Assembly: GCA_022684035.1 (NCBI GenBank)
Contig: JAJHSB010000080.1
Location: 1-60,530, forward strand
Reading direction: 5' to 3'
DNA length: 60,530 nt
DNA from: Candidatus Acetothermia bacterium
Lineage (GTDB): Bacteria > Bipolaricaulota > Bipolaricaulia > UBA7950
A program made the position numbers and the translations under genes. The number at the start of each line of letters is the position of its first letter. Position 1 is the stretch's first letter. Under the pieces are notes generated by a model. The model saw only the letters and a list, made by a program, of their open reading frames with translations. It was not told where the DNA came from and made no database searches. Positions 58,373 to 60,530 of this stretch are shown piece by piece.

Positions 58373-59618
58373 AGATTTCTTCTTTCTGGCACTAAAGACT
58401 GTGCGGCAGCGCCGGCTGCGCAGTTGGCTGACGGTGATCGGAGTCGTTATCGGGATCACGGCCGTGGTGGCACTGCTCTCTCTCGGCATTGGACTGGAGC
58501 GAACAATCATTGCTCAGGTCGAGGGGATATTCGGAGTAGATACGATAATGATTATGAGAGGAGTCGAGGAGAGAGATCCGAGGAGAGATACGAGAAGAGG
58601 TCCGGTACCTGGGCTGATTGACATCGAACCTGACCTGGTGCGCCAGGTGGAGGAGGTCGTTGCCATCGCCCCAATCCGGTCGGAGACAGGTCTTATTCGC
58701 AGAGTGGCGGAAAATGGTGTGCCAGTAAGTGGTTTCTTTCCGGTAATCGGACTTTACTCGGAGATGGTCACTGAGTTCAGGGCGTTTATCGGGGAGTTTC
58801 CGATCGCTGCCGGCCGGATGTTAATCGTCGGAGATGAGCGCAAGGCAATCCTCGGCTATGCTGTTGCTCAGAGATTGGCGGTAACGCCCGGCAAAACGAT
58901 CGAGATCGAAGGCCAGTCATTTCAAGTCGTTGGGATCATTGAAACCTATCCCGAGGAGATGAAAGCGGCCATGGGTGCCGCTGCCGGGCTGGAACCGATT
59001 CTCACCGATGAGACAATCTTCATTCCATTTGCGATGATGGAGGAGATCTTTGGCGATGCTGGAGCACCTCTCTTCTTGGCTAAAGCAGGCGAAAGAGAGG
59101 ATGTGGTAATCGTGGCTGAGAGAATCAACACCGCGCTTGCTGAAGCAGGTGTGGATGGTATTTTATTAGTGACGTTTGAGGAGATCAGTCAAGGAATCGG
59201 GACTATGGTTAACATCGTGAGCTCCTTTGTTGCCGGGCTTGCGGGTATCGCCCTCCTTGTTGGCGGAGTGGGGCTGATGAACACTATGTATACATCTGTT
59301 CTGGAGCGAACGAGAGAGATCGGAGTAATGAAGGCGGTCGGGGCGCAGAACAGGCATATCTTGTCGATCTTCCTTATCGAATCAAGCCTGATGGGGTTTA
59401 TCGGCGGAATAGTCGGCATTATTTTGGGTCTGTTGCTAAGCGTTGGGGCGTCGCTCGCGATGCGCCATTTTTGGGAATTTGAGCTACTTCTGGGGATCAG
59501 CGCGCCGCTGATTATCGGAGCGCTTCTCTTCTCCCTCCTCGTTGGAGCCATTGCAGGCATGTTGCCGGCACGGCGAGCGAGTAAGTTGCGTCCGGTTGAA
59601 GCTTTTCGCTACGAATAG
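58365..59618 (+). CDS. ABC permease, MacB/FtsX (SalY) type
   Basis: RSWLTVIGVVIGI, large extracytoplasmic domain, GVGLMNTMYTSVLERTREIGVMKAVGA. Confidence 0.93.
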   Translation: MIKDFFFLALKTVRQRRLRSWLTVIGVVIGITAVVALLSLGIGLERTIIAQVEGIFGVDTIMIMRGVEERDPRRDTRRGPVPGLIDIEPDLVRQVEEVVAIAPIRSETGLIRRVAENGVPVSGFFPVIGLYSEMVTEFRAFIGEFPIAAGRMLIVGDERKAILGYAVAQRLAVTPGKTIEIEGQSFQVVGIIETYPEEMKAAMGAAAGLEPILTDETIFIPFAMMEEIFGDAGAPLFLAKAGEREDVVIVAERINTALAEAGVDGILLVTFEEISQGIGTMVNIVSSFVAGLAGIALLVGGVGLMNTMYTSVLERTREIGVMKAVGAQNRHILSIFLIESSLMGFIGGIVGIILGLLLSVGASLAMRHFWEFELLLGISAPLIIGALLFSLLVGAIAGMLPARRASKLRPVEAFRYE

Positions 59619-59774
59619 CGGTTTTACCGACATAATGGGGTATGCGATGCACTAAGATAAAGATTTGCAGCAAGCCAACTGTTCTGTTAGATGAAAAATA
59701 ACTAGCCGACCGTTGGATTTTGTTTATCCTGTTATCCGGTCAAAAAACTTACCTTAGCATTAAGGAGGAAAAGA

Positions 59775-60164
59775 ATGCTAAAAGAGAAACAACGTCATGG
59801 TTGCCTTACTATTTGGCTCGTATTACTGATTATCGGAGGCGTACTATCGCTTATCGGAACGGCTGTAATGTATCTTGTGGATCCCCAACTAATGAGAGAG
59901 ACTTTTCCGGATGCTCCGGGATGGACAGTTTATGCGATGGGCCTTATCAGCCTCTTTAGCTTTGTCTTCGCGATTGTCCTATTCACCTGGAAGAAGTGGG
60001 CATTTTGGGGTTATGTAGTGACCAGTATCGCCAGCGCTATTGTGAGTATAACAATGGGAACACCCGCTTGGCAATGGCTGTTAGGCTTAACTGGTGTAGT
60101 TATCCTCTACGGAGTGCTGCAGATCGGCGGCGAAGAGAAGAAAGGCTGGACACAGTTGGAGTAA
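59775..60164 (+). CDS. Hypothetical ~4-TM membrane protein
   Basis: ggagg + ATG; KQRHGCLTIWL followed by hydrophobic segments. Confidence 0.75.
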   Translation: MLKEKQRHGCLTIWLVLLIIGGVLSLIGTAVMYLVDPQLMRETFPDAPGWTVYAMGLISLFSFVFAIVLFTWKKWAFWGYVVTSIASAIVSITMGTPAWQWLLGLTGVVILYGVLQIGGEEKKGWTQLE

Positions 60165-60311
60165 TCAACTCGGCTCGCTATTCCGAGAGTGATCTTACCG
60201 GACTTACTCCCACTCTGCTTTCGCTGACTTAGCTTGGCCTCTCTGCCTACCCGCGATCGGGCGGGCGTTAGGCAAGTGGCTTTTACCCACACGTAAGACC
60301 GTAGCCTTCTT

Positions 60312-60387
60312 GTTCTTATCATTGCCGGGGGTGCAGCATCTCTTTTTTTCTTGTCATTGCGAGAGTTCGCAGAACTCGTGGCAATCT
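60312..60387 (-). repeat. Right copy of ~75-bp long-range inverted repeat
   Basis: gttcttatcattgcc...cttgtcattgcgagagttcgcagaactcgtggcaatct. Confidence 0.9.
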
Positions 60388-60456
60388 CAAAGAGATAATG
60401 CTCGTTTAGATACTAAAATCTGAAGTCTTGCGCAAAATGGGAAGGAAATGAAAACA

Positions 60457-60515
60457 CAAATTCCAAGCACCAATTTCCAAACAAATCTCAATGACCAATG
60501 ACCAAAATCTCAAAC
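60457..60515. repeat. Left arm of a heptad-type low-complexity element
   Basis: caaattccaagcaccaatttccaaacaaatctcaatgaccaatgaccaaaatctcaaac (aatgacc twice); partner arm presumably beyond the window. Confidence 0.55.
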
Positions 60516-60530
60516 AGAAAGGCCGGAGTC

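Noticed and set aside
60107-60322. 71-aa minus-strand ORF
   Set aside because: Starts inside the inverted repeat, overlaps the membrane-protein gene and has no recognisable features.
1-60530. tRNA, rRNA, tmRNA and CRISPR arrays
   Set aside because: No cloverleaf or T-loop signatures, rRNA-like segments or regularly spaced repeats were noticed by eye; tRNAscan-SE, Infernal and CRISPR finders would confirm.

Overview
A bacterial core-genome window that turns accessory at both ends. The lineage cannot be fixed without phylogeny; the beta' insertions and gene order tentatively suggest a deep-branching candidate phylum such as Bipolaricaulota/Acetothermia (inference). Left to right: the 5' part of an IS630-family transposase running off the left edge (absent from the ORF track); nfuA-like, hpf, a degenerate PP-loop thiouridylase-like gene and a FmdB zinc ribbon; an orphan, insertion-rich rpoC with no rpoB upstream; the str-S10-spc-alpha superoperon, which lacks tuf and rpmD, has an internal promoter before rplE, a tail-less uS11 and uS12 K88Q; pdp-deoC; divergent hutH-era-diguanylate cyclase and hutI-ispE-cmk-plsC operons; rpsA; HU; a GlpA-like oxidoreductase triad; rpsT-secF-recJ; and class III RNR nrdDG. 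The last 10 kb is the most unusual part. (i) A ~1.2-kb direct repeat (ABC ATPase tail + ABC-2 permease + ychF 5' end) brackets a ~2.1-kb GC-richer mosaic cargo: YhfC-type protease, tandem GNAT, gene stubs and a third permease tail. (ii) A ~3.35-kb secreted protein/MacB-like ABC/membrane protein block is bracketed by ~75-bp inverted repeats. Most long intergenic spacers carry short palindromic or ~7-nt-periodic miniature elements of several families, some nested, plus a 9-codon relic of a RAYT-like transposase. I found no rRNA, tRNA or CRISPR array.
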